Source: a virus (lineage: Duplodnaviria; Caudoviricetes). From it: a stretch of 34,249 bases of DNA. Within the stretch, counting starts at the first letter, position 1. Each line of letters begins with the position of its first letter. Location of the stretch: IMG/VR virus record IMGVR_UViG_3300025723_000111, positions 1 to 34,249 of that record; one strand, 5' to 3'. The notes under the pieces are model-generated. The model did no database searches. It saw nothing but the letters and a program-made list of their open reading frames with translations, and was not told where the DNA came from. Made by a program: the position numbers and the translations under genes. Of the stretch, positions 27,077-33,604 are shown piece after piece.

Positions 27077-27252
27077 TGGATGACCATGAAGCAGTAGAAT
27101 CACTTTTACGCAGAATGGTTGGACAAGTTATTGATGAAGTAGCTATTGACAATGATGAATTTATCATGTATTTAGAAGATGGTACTAAAATAGTGCTATT
27201 TTCTGATGAGGATTTGCAACTTTATTATGAGCTTCCTGAACAAACCCACTAG
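27076..27252 (+). CDS. 58-aa acidic protein (MDDHEAVESLL...), not in ORF track
   Basis: TAATG coupling; overlaps the phosphoesterase start. Confidence 0.75.
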   Translation: MDDHEAVESLLRRMVGQVIDEVAIDNDEFIMYLEDGTKIVLFSDEDLQLYYELPEQTH

Positions 27253-28006
27253 AACGCATTTCGTCTTACCTGACGTACAAGCTAAAGATGGAAATGATTT
27301 TACATTCTTAACCTGTATCGGCAAATATATTGTCGATAAAAAGCCTGACGTAATTATTTGTATTGGTGACTTTGCGGACATGGAGAGTTTAAGTTCCTAT
27401 GACGTTGGTAAAAAGTCATTTGAAGGTCGTAGTTATCAAAAAGATATTTGGGCTGCTAGGGAAGCAATGGATGCGCTTCTTAAGCCATTATATGACTTTA
27501 ATGAGAAAGCTAGACGCAATAAAGAGAAACAATACAAACCTCGCATGGTTTTAACGCTTGGAAATCATGAAAATCGTATTAATACTGCGATTAACAATGA
27601 TAGGAAATTAGATGGCCTTATCTCTACTGATGACCTTCCGTACCAAGATTGGGAGGTGTTTCCGTTTCTCGAAGTTGTCACTATTGATGGTATTGCTTAT
27701 AGCCATTATTTTGTTTCAGGCGCTATGGGTCGTCCCATATGTTCTAGTGCAGCACTTCTTACTAAAAAACATATGAGTTGCTTTGCTGGTCATCAACAAG
27801 GCCGTCAAATCTCTTATGGAATGCGAGCTGATGGCACAGAGATGACTGCTATTATTTGTGGGAGCTGTTATGAACATAATGAAGACTATCTTGGCGCACA
27901 AGGAAATAATCATTTCCGTGGTTGTTACATGCTTTACGATGTACAGGATGGACGATTTGATGAATTACCTCTTACGTTAAAATATCTTAAGAACAAGTAC
28001 GCATAG
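27227..28006 (+). CDS. Calcineurin-like metallophosphoesterase
   Basis: PDVQ, GDFAD, GNHE, YSH, GHQQ. Confidence 0.92.
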   Translation: MSFLNKPTRTHFVLPDVQAKDGNDFTFLTCIGKYIVDKKPDVIICIGDFADMESLSSYDVGKKSFEGRSYQKDIWAAREAMDALLKPLYDFNEKARRNKEKQYKPRMVLTLGNHENRINTAINNDRKLDGLISTDDLPYQDWEVFPFLEVVTIDGIAYSHYFVSGAMGRPICSSAALLTKKHMSCFAGHQQGRQISYGMRADGTEMTAIICGSCYEHNEDYLGAQGNNHFRGCYMLYDVQDGRFDELPLTLKYLKNKYA

Positions 28007-28024
28007 CCCTTCGGGGCTTTTTTT
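28005..28024 (+). terminator. Intrinsic terminator
   Basis: AGCCC-TTCG-GGGCT followed by T-tract. Confidence 0.9.
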
Positions 28025-28026
28025 AT

Positions 28027-28161
28027 ATGATATTACTTCGCATGCGTAAAATATATGGCAAAAACATCTGGAATGGTCGGCATATTAAAGTTAGACGTTC
28101 AGATAAACAAGCTCGTAAGATTGCACGACTATATAAATTTAGGGGATATAAAAGGCTATGA
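28027..28161 (+). CDS. 44-aa highly basic peptide, not in ORF track
   Basis: MILLRMRKIYGK...FRGYKRL; ATGA overlap with the next ORF; no clear RBS. Confidence 0.5.
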   Translation: MILLRMRKIYGKNIWNGRHIKVRRSDKQARKIARLYKFRGYKRL

Positions 28162-28298
28162 AACAATTTAAGCTTTGTAGTGAATGTGGCGAGCAATACG
28201 AGGTAGATGACGCTGACCCTGACTTTCACGTATGCCTTGAGTGCAATGTTTACGATGAGGATTTAATTGGCATAGTAGATTTCGAGGAAGAACGATGA
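28158..28298 (+). CDS. 46-aa acidic zinc-ribbon peptide, not in ORF track
   Basis: CSEC...CLEC; ATGA overlaps at both ends. Confidence 0.7.
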   Translation: MKQFKLCSECGEQYEVDDADPDFHVCLECNVYDEDLIGIVDFEEER

Positions 28299-28708
28299 TA
28301 AATAGCCGTAGCTTATCCGACCTTAATCCTAAAGTAGCAGCCCTTTGCAGTGAGTTTATCAATAAATGCAAAGAACAAAACATCGACATCATCATCACAT
28401 CAACCTATCGTGACAAAGAATCCCAAGACGCTTTATATGCTCAAGGTCGTACAACGCCAGGAAAGAAAGTCACCAACGCTAAAGGCGGTCAATCTTTTCA
28501 TAACTGGAAAGTAGCTTTTGACTTTGTACCTTTGGTGAATGGCAAACCTGCATGGTCTAATGACGAACTTATTACGCAATGTGGTGAAATTGGCGAAAAG
28601 CTAGGTTTAGAATGGGCTGGTCGTTGGAAAACATTTCAAGAAAAACTACATTTACAATTTACTAACGGACTGACATTAGCTGATTTTCAAGCAGGTAAAG
28701 CAATATGA
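28295..28708 (+). CDS. Endolysin, M15 L-Ala-D-Glu peptidase family
   Basis: TYRDKESQDALYAQGRT, SFHNWKVAFDF, WAGRW, HLQ. Confidence 0.95.
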   Translation: MINSRSLSDLNPKVAALCSEFINKCKEQNIDIIITSTYRDKESQDALYAQGRTTPGKKVTNAKGGQSFHNWKVAFDFVPLVNGKPAWSNDELITQCGEIGEKLGLEWAGRWKTFQEKLHLQFTNGLTLADFQAGKAI

Positions 28709-28902
28709 TGAAGTTTATAAAGAACATCTTAACTGAACGTGATAATGACACTATTTGTGCTTATCGTGTAGTTGCTTTTATTGCTGGCTTTGAAATGCTT
28801 GGTAAATTTATATTTGTAGGCGCTCCACAATTCCAAGATTTTGCTGATGGCATCGCTGCGATTGGTGTTGCTATTGCTGCAAAGAATTGGAGTGAGAAAT
28901 GA
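28705..28902 (+). CDS. Putative holin (two hydrophobic segments)
   Basis: Between endolysin and spanin; ATGA overlaps. Confidence 0.65.
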   Translation: MMKFIKNILTERDNDTICAYRVVAFIAGFEMLGKFIFVGAPQFQDFADGIAAIGVAIAAKNWSEK

Positions 28903-29351
28903 TATTTCTACAAACTTACTGGAAACAAATTGCAATAAGTGCTGTTTTAGCCATTATTTTTCTTACTGGATACTATGAGGGCTACAAACATGAAAAAGTC
29001 GTTTATACAGCGTTTGTGCAACGATTAGAGCATGATTCTGCTGTTGCAAAGGCAGAGCAAGATGCAAAGTTAAAAGAATCGCAAAATATTACGAACAATG
29101 TGACAAAGGAATATGCAAATGCAGTCAATTCGATTAAGTCTTATTACGCTAGTCATCCTGTTAAGTGGATGCAGTCAAGTTCCTGTGATTCAAAAGTGTC
29201 CGAGCTTTCCACAACCACCAGCAGAACTAATGACACAACCAAAAGCGATACAATTAGTACCGAAGGAATATCGCCCGTAGACTGTGCAAGTGATGTCATG
29301 CAATTGCTAAAACTTCAACAATGGATAAAAGAACAAAGCGAGATTAAATAA
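28899..29351 (+). CDS. Inner-membrane spanin (Rz-like)
   Basis: N-terminal TM, coiled coil, C...LLKLQQWI C-terminus. Confidence 0.88.
   Translation: MIFLQTYWKQIAISAVLAIIFLTGYYEGYKHEKVVYTAFVQRLEHDSAVAKAEQDAKLKESQNITNNVTKEYANAVNSIKSYYASHPVKWMQSSSCDSKVSELSTTTSRTNDTTKSDTISTEGISPVDCASDVMQLLKLQQWIKEQSEIK
29113..29280 (+). CDS. Embedded outer-membrane lipoprotein spanin (Rz1-like), not in ORF track
   Basis: +1 frame, AAGGA RBS, MQMQSIRLSLITLVILLSGC lipobox, Pro-rich mature part. Confidence 0.9.
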   Translation: MQMQSIRLSLITLVILLSGCSQVPVIQKCPSFPQPPAELMTQPKAIQLVPKEYRP

Positions 29352-29818
29352 TGGCTGATTATAAACAAATGCTAATTGATGCACTTAAAAGCCCTATGGG
29401 TGGTACTCCACAAGGATATTTAAATCAATTTTTAGACTTTGGCAAAAAGTTTAGTCATGGTATTTCGGATGTAATTCAGCCTGAATTTCAAGCGCATGCA
29501 AATTGGTATGAAAAAGAACTCCCTACAGAATTAGATAAACATACTAAAGAATTAGGCATGATTCGCACGGAAGGCTCACCTAGAGATGCTGCTGCTGAAT
29601 TTTCTGGTGCTGCTGATTATGCTATGAGAACCAAAGATTACAACAGAGCCATGGAAAATGCAGACGTTTATCAAACATTGTCTAATCCATTGCTTTACCA
29701 AAATAGACGTGATGCTATTGCTCAAGATAAAGCTGGTATTGAATGGGCAAAAGCTAATCCTAATGCAAATCGTAGGCAAGCAATTGAAGCTGCGATTGAA
29801 TACGCAACTAAATATTAA
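29351..29818 (+). CDS. Hypothetical last late protein
   Basis: TAATG coupling; MADYKQMLIDALK N-terminus. Confidence 0.78.
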   Translation: MADYKQMLIDALKSPMGGTPQGYLNQFLDFGKKFSHGISDVIQPEFQAHANWYEKELPTELDKHTKELGMIRTEGSPRDAAAEFSGAADYAMRTKDYNRAMENADVYQTLSNPLLYQNRRDAIAQDKAGIEWAKANPNANRRQAIEAAIEYATKY

Positions 29819-29825
29819 GTTTTAA

Positions 29826-29911
29826 GGCGGTTAAGCCGACATCAGAGGATATAGCAAGTAACGAGTTTTTCGGCTTTCTGCGTTACATGTAATAGCTATT
29901 AAATCTGCGCC
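29826..29911. ncRNA. Candidate pseudoknotted structured RNA
   Basis: Nested stems GGCG/CGCC, CAGA/TCTG, ATAGC/GCTAT, GTAACG/CGTTAC plus AAGCCGA (29833..29839) complementary to apical-loop TCGGCTT (29870..29876). Confidence 0.65.
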
Positions 29912-30009
29912 AACTTCATATAAACGTAAACTAGTGTCAATGCTGTGCAAAAACCTAATGCAAAGGCACTAGCGTAGCAAATCAAATATTGAATGATAAT
30001 ATCAATCAT
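29899..30009 (-). CDS. 36-aa single-TM peptide (MIDIIIQYLICYASAFALGFCTALTLVYVYMKLAQI)
   Basis: ATGA overlap with the DUF3310 stop; fully hydrophobic. Confidence 0.65.
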   Translation of the reverse strand: MIDIIIQYLICYASAFALGFCTALTLVYVYMKLAQI

Positions 30010-30359
30010 TTAGTCAGCCTTTTTAATTCAGCGTTAGCATAAAACAAAATCTTTTTAATTCCCCGTAGCTCATCAGAATGTGATGCTTGACCATAGCGAT
30101 AGCACTCACGGAATATCTCACCTATTTGTGCGTTCATATTTTTTTCGCTAATTAAATCCTGTAATTCAACTGCTAATTTCGGGAGTTTATAATAATCAGC
30201 ACTAGAGCCATCTGATTTTTCTTTATTTATTTCATCTCTTATTTTTTTATAATATTCAGCGGTTCTATTTAATTGCTCTTCTCTGCTCATCTCTGTCATT
30301 CCATCACTCACAGGTTTATCCTTTCCAGCTATAAATTTCTCATAGAATACGCTAGTCAT
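30006..30359 (-). CDS. DUF3310 (SaV-like) protein
   Basis: ADYYK...QDLI...GEIFRECYRYG...IKKILFYA. Confidence 0.75.
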   Translation of the reverse strand: MTSVFYEKFIAGKDKPVSDGMTEMSREEQLNRTAEYYKKIRDEINKEKSDGSSADYYKLPKLAVELQDLISEKNMNAQIGEIFRECYRYGQASHSDELRGIKKILFYANAELKRLTK

Positions 30360-30570
30360 AGTGCAATCCATCGTTACCATTTTGCCCGATTATATCAGCA
30401 CGTTTTTCATCTTGTTCAGTCCACCAATCTGGGTCTTTATCTAACGCTGTTTGAAGCATAGTAATAAAACCTCGCTCTATTAAATAGCGTTTAGCAGCAT
30501 TATCCAATTCAATTTCACACAATGCACTGCCATCTTCATTTTCTTTAAAGCAATTGACGGTAATAATCAT
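30352..30570 (-). CDS. Hypothetical protein
   Basis: GGAGG RBS; ENEDGSA and DIIGQNGNDGLHY motifs. Confidence 0.75.
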   Translation of the reverse strand: MIITVNCFKENEDGSALCEIELDNAAKRYLIERGFITMLQTALDKDPDWWTEQDEKRADIIGQNGNDGLHYD

Positions 30571-30740
30571 TTATTTTTAGCCTCCCTCGCATCTCTAATA
30601 CTTTCAGCTTGCACAAAATGTGACACCATCCAAGCATATCGTCCTAACTCATTCCATTCAGACTCAATGACATTTAAGTTAAAACGTAACGCCAAGTTTT
30701 TACCCAACGTTGTGTAGTATTTATTGTCTAAATCTTCCAT
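30567..30740 (-). CDS. 57-aa hypothetical protein (MEDLDNKYY...), not in ORF track
   Basis: AGGG RBS; ATGA overlap. Confidence 0.7.
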   Translation of the reverse strand: MEDLDNKYYTTLGKNLALRFNLNVIESEWNELGRYAWMVSHFVQAESIRDAREAKNK

Positions 30741-30749
30741 TATTTTCCC

Positions 30750-30941
30750 TTATGTATAATAATCTAGCAATGCTTTACAAGCCTTAATGTTGCGCTTATA
30801 CATTTTAACATCATCAGGATGCTTAAACTTTGGCAATGCTTCTTTGCTATTTTTTAGCTCCTGTTGCAACAAAGCAACAAAAACACCGCCCATAATATCA
30901 AGCAACATGTTGTTGTCATCTACATCAAATTCAATCTTCAT
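30750..30941 (-). CDS. Hypothetical protein
   Basis: GGAG RBS; ATGA overlap. Confidence 0.72.
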   Translation of the reverse strand: MKIEFDVDDNNMLLDIMGGVFVALLQQELKNSKEALPKFKHPDDVKMYKRNIKACKALLDYYT

Positions 30942-31126
30942 TTTAACTCCATAGAAGCGTGTTTTACGAAGTTATTTGGATGCAGACGATACTTACTATC
31001 AAGTTCAAATTTTATCCTTTCTACGGCAGCATAGCGAGCGTTTAAAGCATCTTCTAGAGGTGGTGATAGACGTCTAAAGTCATCAATTAATCCATCAGCA
31101 TAATAAGTAATAGTTAAAGCTTTCAT
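30938..31126 (-). CDS. Hypothetical protein
   Basis: AGGAGA RBS; KYRLHPNN motif. Confidence 0.72.
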   Translation of the reverse strand: MKALTITYYADGLIDDFRRLSPPLEDALNARYAAVERIKFELDSKYRLHPNNFVKHASMELK

Positions 31127-31145
31127 TTTTATCTCCTAAAAGTGG

Positions 31146-31226
31146 ATGGGCTACTAACGCAGGTTGATAGATTTTTGCACAATATATCATAGTCCTGTCG
31201 ACAGACAAATTAGCGCTTTCGCCCAT
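31146..31226 (-). ncRNA. GAAA/AGUA internal-loop element, copy 2 (long insert)
   Basis: Minus strand: ATGGGC-GAAA-GCGC...GCGT-T-AGTA-GCCCAT, intergenic. Confidence 0.6.
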
Positions 31227-31246
31227 TTTCGTTAGAACGAATTACA

Positions 31247-31513
31247 TCAAAACGGGATGTCCGATTCAATTTCTTCCGTTACTTGTGTTTTTGGTACAAA
31301 TGTATCAGCAGACGCTACAAAGCTAATATATTTGCCATTAGCACCTTCACGTTCCCAGCCTGCAAGTTGCAATTTACCACCTGCTGCAATGATTGCATCT
31401 AGCGTATCTGTATCAAGTGTAATGTTGACACGATAGTCTGGTGCTTTGTCTGACTTTTTATCCTTAACTTTGTTAAGAAAACCGCTATTAAAATATACTT
31501 TCTTTTCAGCCAT
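31247..31513 (-). CDS. Phage ssDNA-binding protein (DUF736-like)
   Basis: KAPDYR, LAGW, KYISF, acidic ESDIPF tail; follows ERF. Confidence 0.82.
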   Translation of the reverse strand: MAEKKVYFNSGFLNKVKDKKSDKAPDYRVNITLDTDTLDAIIAAGGKLQLAGWEREGANGKYISFVASADTFVPKTQVTEEIESDIPF

Positions 31514-31514
31514 G

Positions 31515-32132
31515 CTATTTTCCTTCTTTCTTAAAAGTTGAACGTGTCTTACTGTCAAGCAAACTCCATAATGCCGTTTTCTGCTCATTATCAAGTGATG
31601 CCCAAATTTCTTTAGCTAAATGTAAATGACCTTCTTTTACACGATAAGTAAAATCTTCTGCTAAATTATGCAAAATATCCATATCCTCTTTACTAATGCC
31701 ATCTAGCGCACCAGCGTTAGGAGTTACAGCTTCAGGCTTTTTTACAGGATTACCTGTATCCGTTCCTGTAGTTGCATCTAATACATCATGCTCTACAATT
31801 TCCATAGCTGTTACCCATAAATATCTACGTTGATATGTTTCTACTGCACCTACGTTTTGTACTTCATGACAACCTTTTAATGCTGCGCTACCCATAGGAC
31901 TTGTAATAACAATGCTATCAGTTCCATCTGTAATAATAAGCGTTGCAAGTTCTGCTGTATAAGATACAACACCACATAAACCTAATTCACTAAAAATATA
32001 TTGTACTGTTGGCAAAAAATCTCCAAGTTCAAAATATTTATAACCAGCAAATTTATTATGACCTGATTTTGCAAGCTGGCTATTTTGTAATTTTAGCCTA
32101 GCATCCATTAATTTTTTATATATATTACTCAT
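31515..32132 (-). CDS. erf: ERF-family single-strand annealing protein
   Basis: KSGHNKFAGYKYFELGDFLP; GAVETYQRRY. Confidence 0.93.
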   Translation of the reverse strand: MSNIYKKLMDARLKLQNSQLAKSGHNKFAGYKYFELGDFLPTVQYIFSELGLCGVVSYTAELATLIITDGTDSIVITSPMGSAALKGCHEVQNVGAVETYQRRYLWVTAMEIVEHDVLDATTGTDTGNPVKKPEAVTPNAGALDGISKEDMDILHNLAEDFTYRVKEGHLHLAKEIWASLDNEQKTALWSLLDSKTRSTFKKEGK

Positions 32133-32200
32133 TTTTTACCCCACAAATTTTTAGTTTGTCCGTGTAATTTCATTAATGCTTCTAAATATTCTTTACTCAT
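32129..32200 (-). CDS. 23-aa peptide (MSKEYLEALMKLHGQTKNLWGKK)
   Basis: GGAGG RBS; overlaps both neighbours. Confidence 0.5.
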   Translation of the reverse strand: MSKEYLEALMKLHGQTKNLWGKK

Positions 32201-32423
32201 CAATCGCCTCCATATTAGCCACAATAATTAGATTTAAATCTTCACCAAATCCAATATCGTGAATTACATCAGTAATATCTGCACCCCTAAACATTACTTT
32301 TTTAAATTTTGCTTTAGGTGGCGCTAATGCTTCCAAATCACCCAAATAAACATATGTTGATTCTTGATATTCAAATTCTACTTCAAAAGTAGTGTTATCA
32401 CCGATTTGTAAATGTGTAATCAT
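32193..32423 (-). CDS. Hypothetical protein
   Basis: GGAGG RBS; ATGA overlap. Confidence 0.72.
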   Translation of the reverse strand: MITHLQIGDNTTFEVEFEYQESTYVYLGDLEALAPPKAKFKKVMFRGADITDVIHDIGFGEDLNLIIVANMEAIDE

Positions 32424-32569
32424 TTTGCACGTTCCTCCATCATGTGGTCTGCAATCTTATAAGCTTCTTGCCAAGGAAACTGAATCCGATTAGCGATTAA
32501 AGCTGATAAAGCATACATTGCAATAACATCTCGTAAAGTTGCTTCTGTGTTTAAAATTTGTTCACTCAT
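32420..32569 (-). CDS. 49-aa protein of the common phage 'TLRD..A...AY..AD.M...R' family
   Basis: ATLRDVIAMYAL...EAYKIADHMMEER; ATGA overlaps. Confidence 0.8.
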   Translation of the reverse strand: MSEQILNTEATLRDVIAMYALSALIANRIQFPWQEAYKIADHMMEERAK

Positions 32570-32709
32570 TTCCATTTCTCCAAAATAACCCACGCATGAC
32601 CCATTTTAATGGCGTTTAATTTGCCTTTGATACATAGCTGGCGAACCCACCTGCCAGATTTTCCCATCTGTGCTGCAATTTCCTCTACCGTATATAAATG
32701 TTGTGACAC
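32566..32709 (-). CDS. Excisionase-like (HTH_17/MerR-type) DNA-binding protein, GTG start, not in ORF track
   Basis: AGGAGA RBS; LYTVEEIAAQMGKSGRWVRQLCIKGKLNAIKMGHAWVI. Confidence 0.85.
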   Translation of the reverse strand: MSQHLYTVEEIAAQMGKSGRWVRQLCIKGKLNAIKMGHAWVILEKWK

Positions 32710-32794
32710 CTGATTCTCCTATTCCAAGTTTGGTATTATATTCTAATAATTCTAATTCTGCCATTACTTCTGCATAAAATTGTTCTTGGCTCAT
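32606..32794 (-). CDS. Hypothetical protein overlapping the Xis-like gene
   Basis: AAGGA RBS; TAATG coupling; last 104 nt overlap the HTH gene. Confidence 0.55.
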   Translation of the reverse strand: MSQEQFYAEVMAELELLEYNTKLGIGESGVTTFIYGRGNCSTDGKIWQVGSPAMYQRQIKRH

Positions 32795-33087
32795 TATACG
32801 TTCCTTTCAGTTACAATTTGTTCAGTTGCTTCATACAAATCTTTCATTAAATCTTTAGCAAAAATCAACAAATCTTGGTCTGCTTTATCTTGAGCGCCAG
32901 GCTTGCCATTGTGCATACGACTGCAATAAGCTTTAAACATAGCACGTAAAGATTTTTTAACTAAAAACAAATCTACATATTCTTCTTCAATTAAACTGTA
33001 AATAAAGTTAATGTCATCAGCTTCATCTTCAATTTCATTTGCCATAAACTCATCCATTTCCTGAAAAAATCTATCTTCGTAACTCAT
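32794..33087 (-). CDS. Acidic hypothetical protein (MSYEDRFF...)
   Basis: GGAGA RBS; ATGA overlap. Confidence 0.72.
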   Translation of the reverse strand: MSYEDRFFQEMDEFMANEIEDEADDINFIYSLIEEEYVDLFLVKKSLRAMFKAYCSRMHNGKPGAQDKADQDLLIFAKDLMKDLYEATEQIVTERNV

Positions 33088-33188
33088 TTCCAATTTCTCC
33101 ATTCTGCGATAAAACCTGCAATTGCAAACAATGCACAAACCACCGCACCACCTAAACATAAAATTAAAAAGTTATCTAACATTGTCAT
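33084..33188 (-). CDS. 34-aa single-TM peptide (MTMLDNFLILCLGG...WRNWK)
   Basis: AAGGAG RBS; hydrophobic. Confidence 0.72.
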   Translation of the reverse strand: MTMLDNFLILCLGGAVVCALFAIAGFIAEWRNWK

Positions 33189-33195
33189 CTCCTTG

Positions 33196-33378
33196 TTATT
33201 CACCAAATCTATCTTGCATTTCTTTTTTCATTGATTCAAATTCCCAGCGTTCATCATCATCAAAACTATGTAAACCGTATAAATCTTCTTGACGATAATA
33301 AGCAACTAATGAATGATATAAATTCCAGTATTCGTCTTGCTCTTTTTTTTCTGCATCGGTTAAATCTGCGTAAGCCAT
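33196..33378 (-). CDS. First early gene, acidic 60-aa protein
   Basis: GGAGA RBS just downstream of the leftward promoter. Confidence 0.78.
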   Translation of the reverse strand: MAYADLTDAEKKEQDEYWNLYHSLVAYYRQEDLYGLHSFDDDERWEFESMKKEMQDRFGE

Positions 33379-33410
33379 TTTGTATCTCCGTTTGCGTTGT
33401 TGATGTGTTC

Positions 33411-33438
33411 ATCATATACCATTCTCGGAACTTGTCAA
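33411..33438 (-). promoter_or_regulatory. Leftward early promoter (pL-like)
   Basis: TTGACA-16 bp-TATGAT with AT-rich upstream element. Confidence 0.8.
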
Positions 33439-33482
33439 ATGTTTTTTTAAATTAATTATGCAAAGTTGATAAATAATTTTAA

Positions 33483-33511
33483 TTGTACATTTTCTAGTTA
33501 TGATTTAAGAT
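33483..33511 (+). promoter_or_regulatory. Rightward promoter (pR-like)
   Basis: TTGTAC-17 bp-TAAGAT. Confidence 0.7.
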
Positions 33512-33518
33512 GCTGCTC

Positions 33519-33581
33519 ATGGGCTAGGTTATGCAGACCGAAAAGATGTTTCCCCCTTTCCATCCTGCCCATACTTTTTTT
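33519..33581 (+). ncRNA. Three-way-junction leader RNA followed by U-tract
   Basis: ATGGGC/GCCCAT closing stem, GGTT-atgca-GACC hairpin, GAAAA linker, GATG-tttccccctttc-CATC hairpin, T7. Confidence 0.65.
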
Positions 33582-33604
33582 ATAAGGGAACATTGGGGAG
33601 TTAT

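Noticed and set aside
28705-28716. Lambda S-type dual-start holin
   Set aside because: The start is Met-Met-Lys, with no charged residue between the two Met codons.
29826-29911. Hammerhead ribozyme (minus strand has CTGATG and GAAA)
   Set aside because: The core reads CUGAUGU rather than CUGANGA, and the stems do not form the hammerhead three-way junction.
33231-33455. Plus-strand 74-aa ORF as a cI/cro repressor
   Set aside because: No HTH pattern or RBS; it is antisense to a well-supported gene and runs across the leftward promoter.
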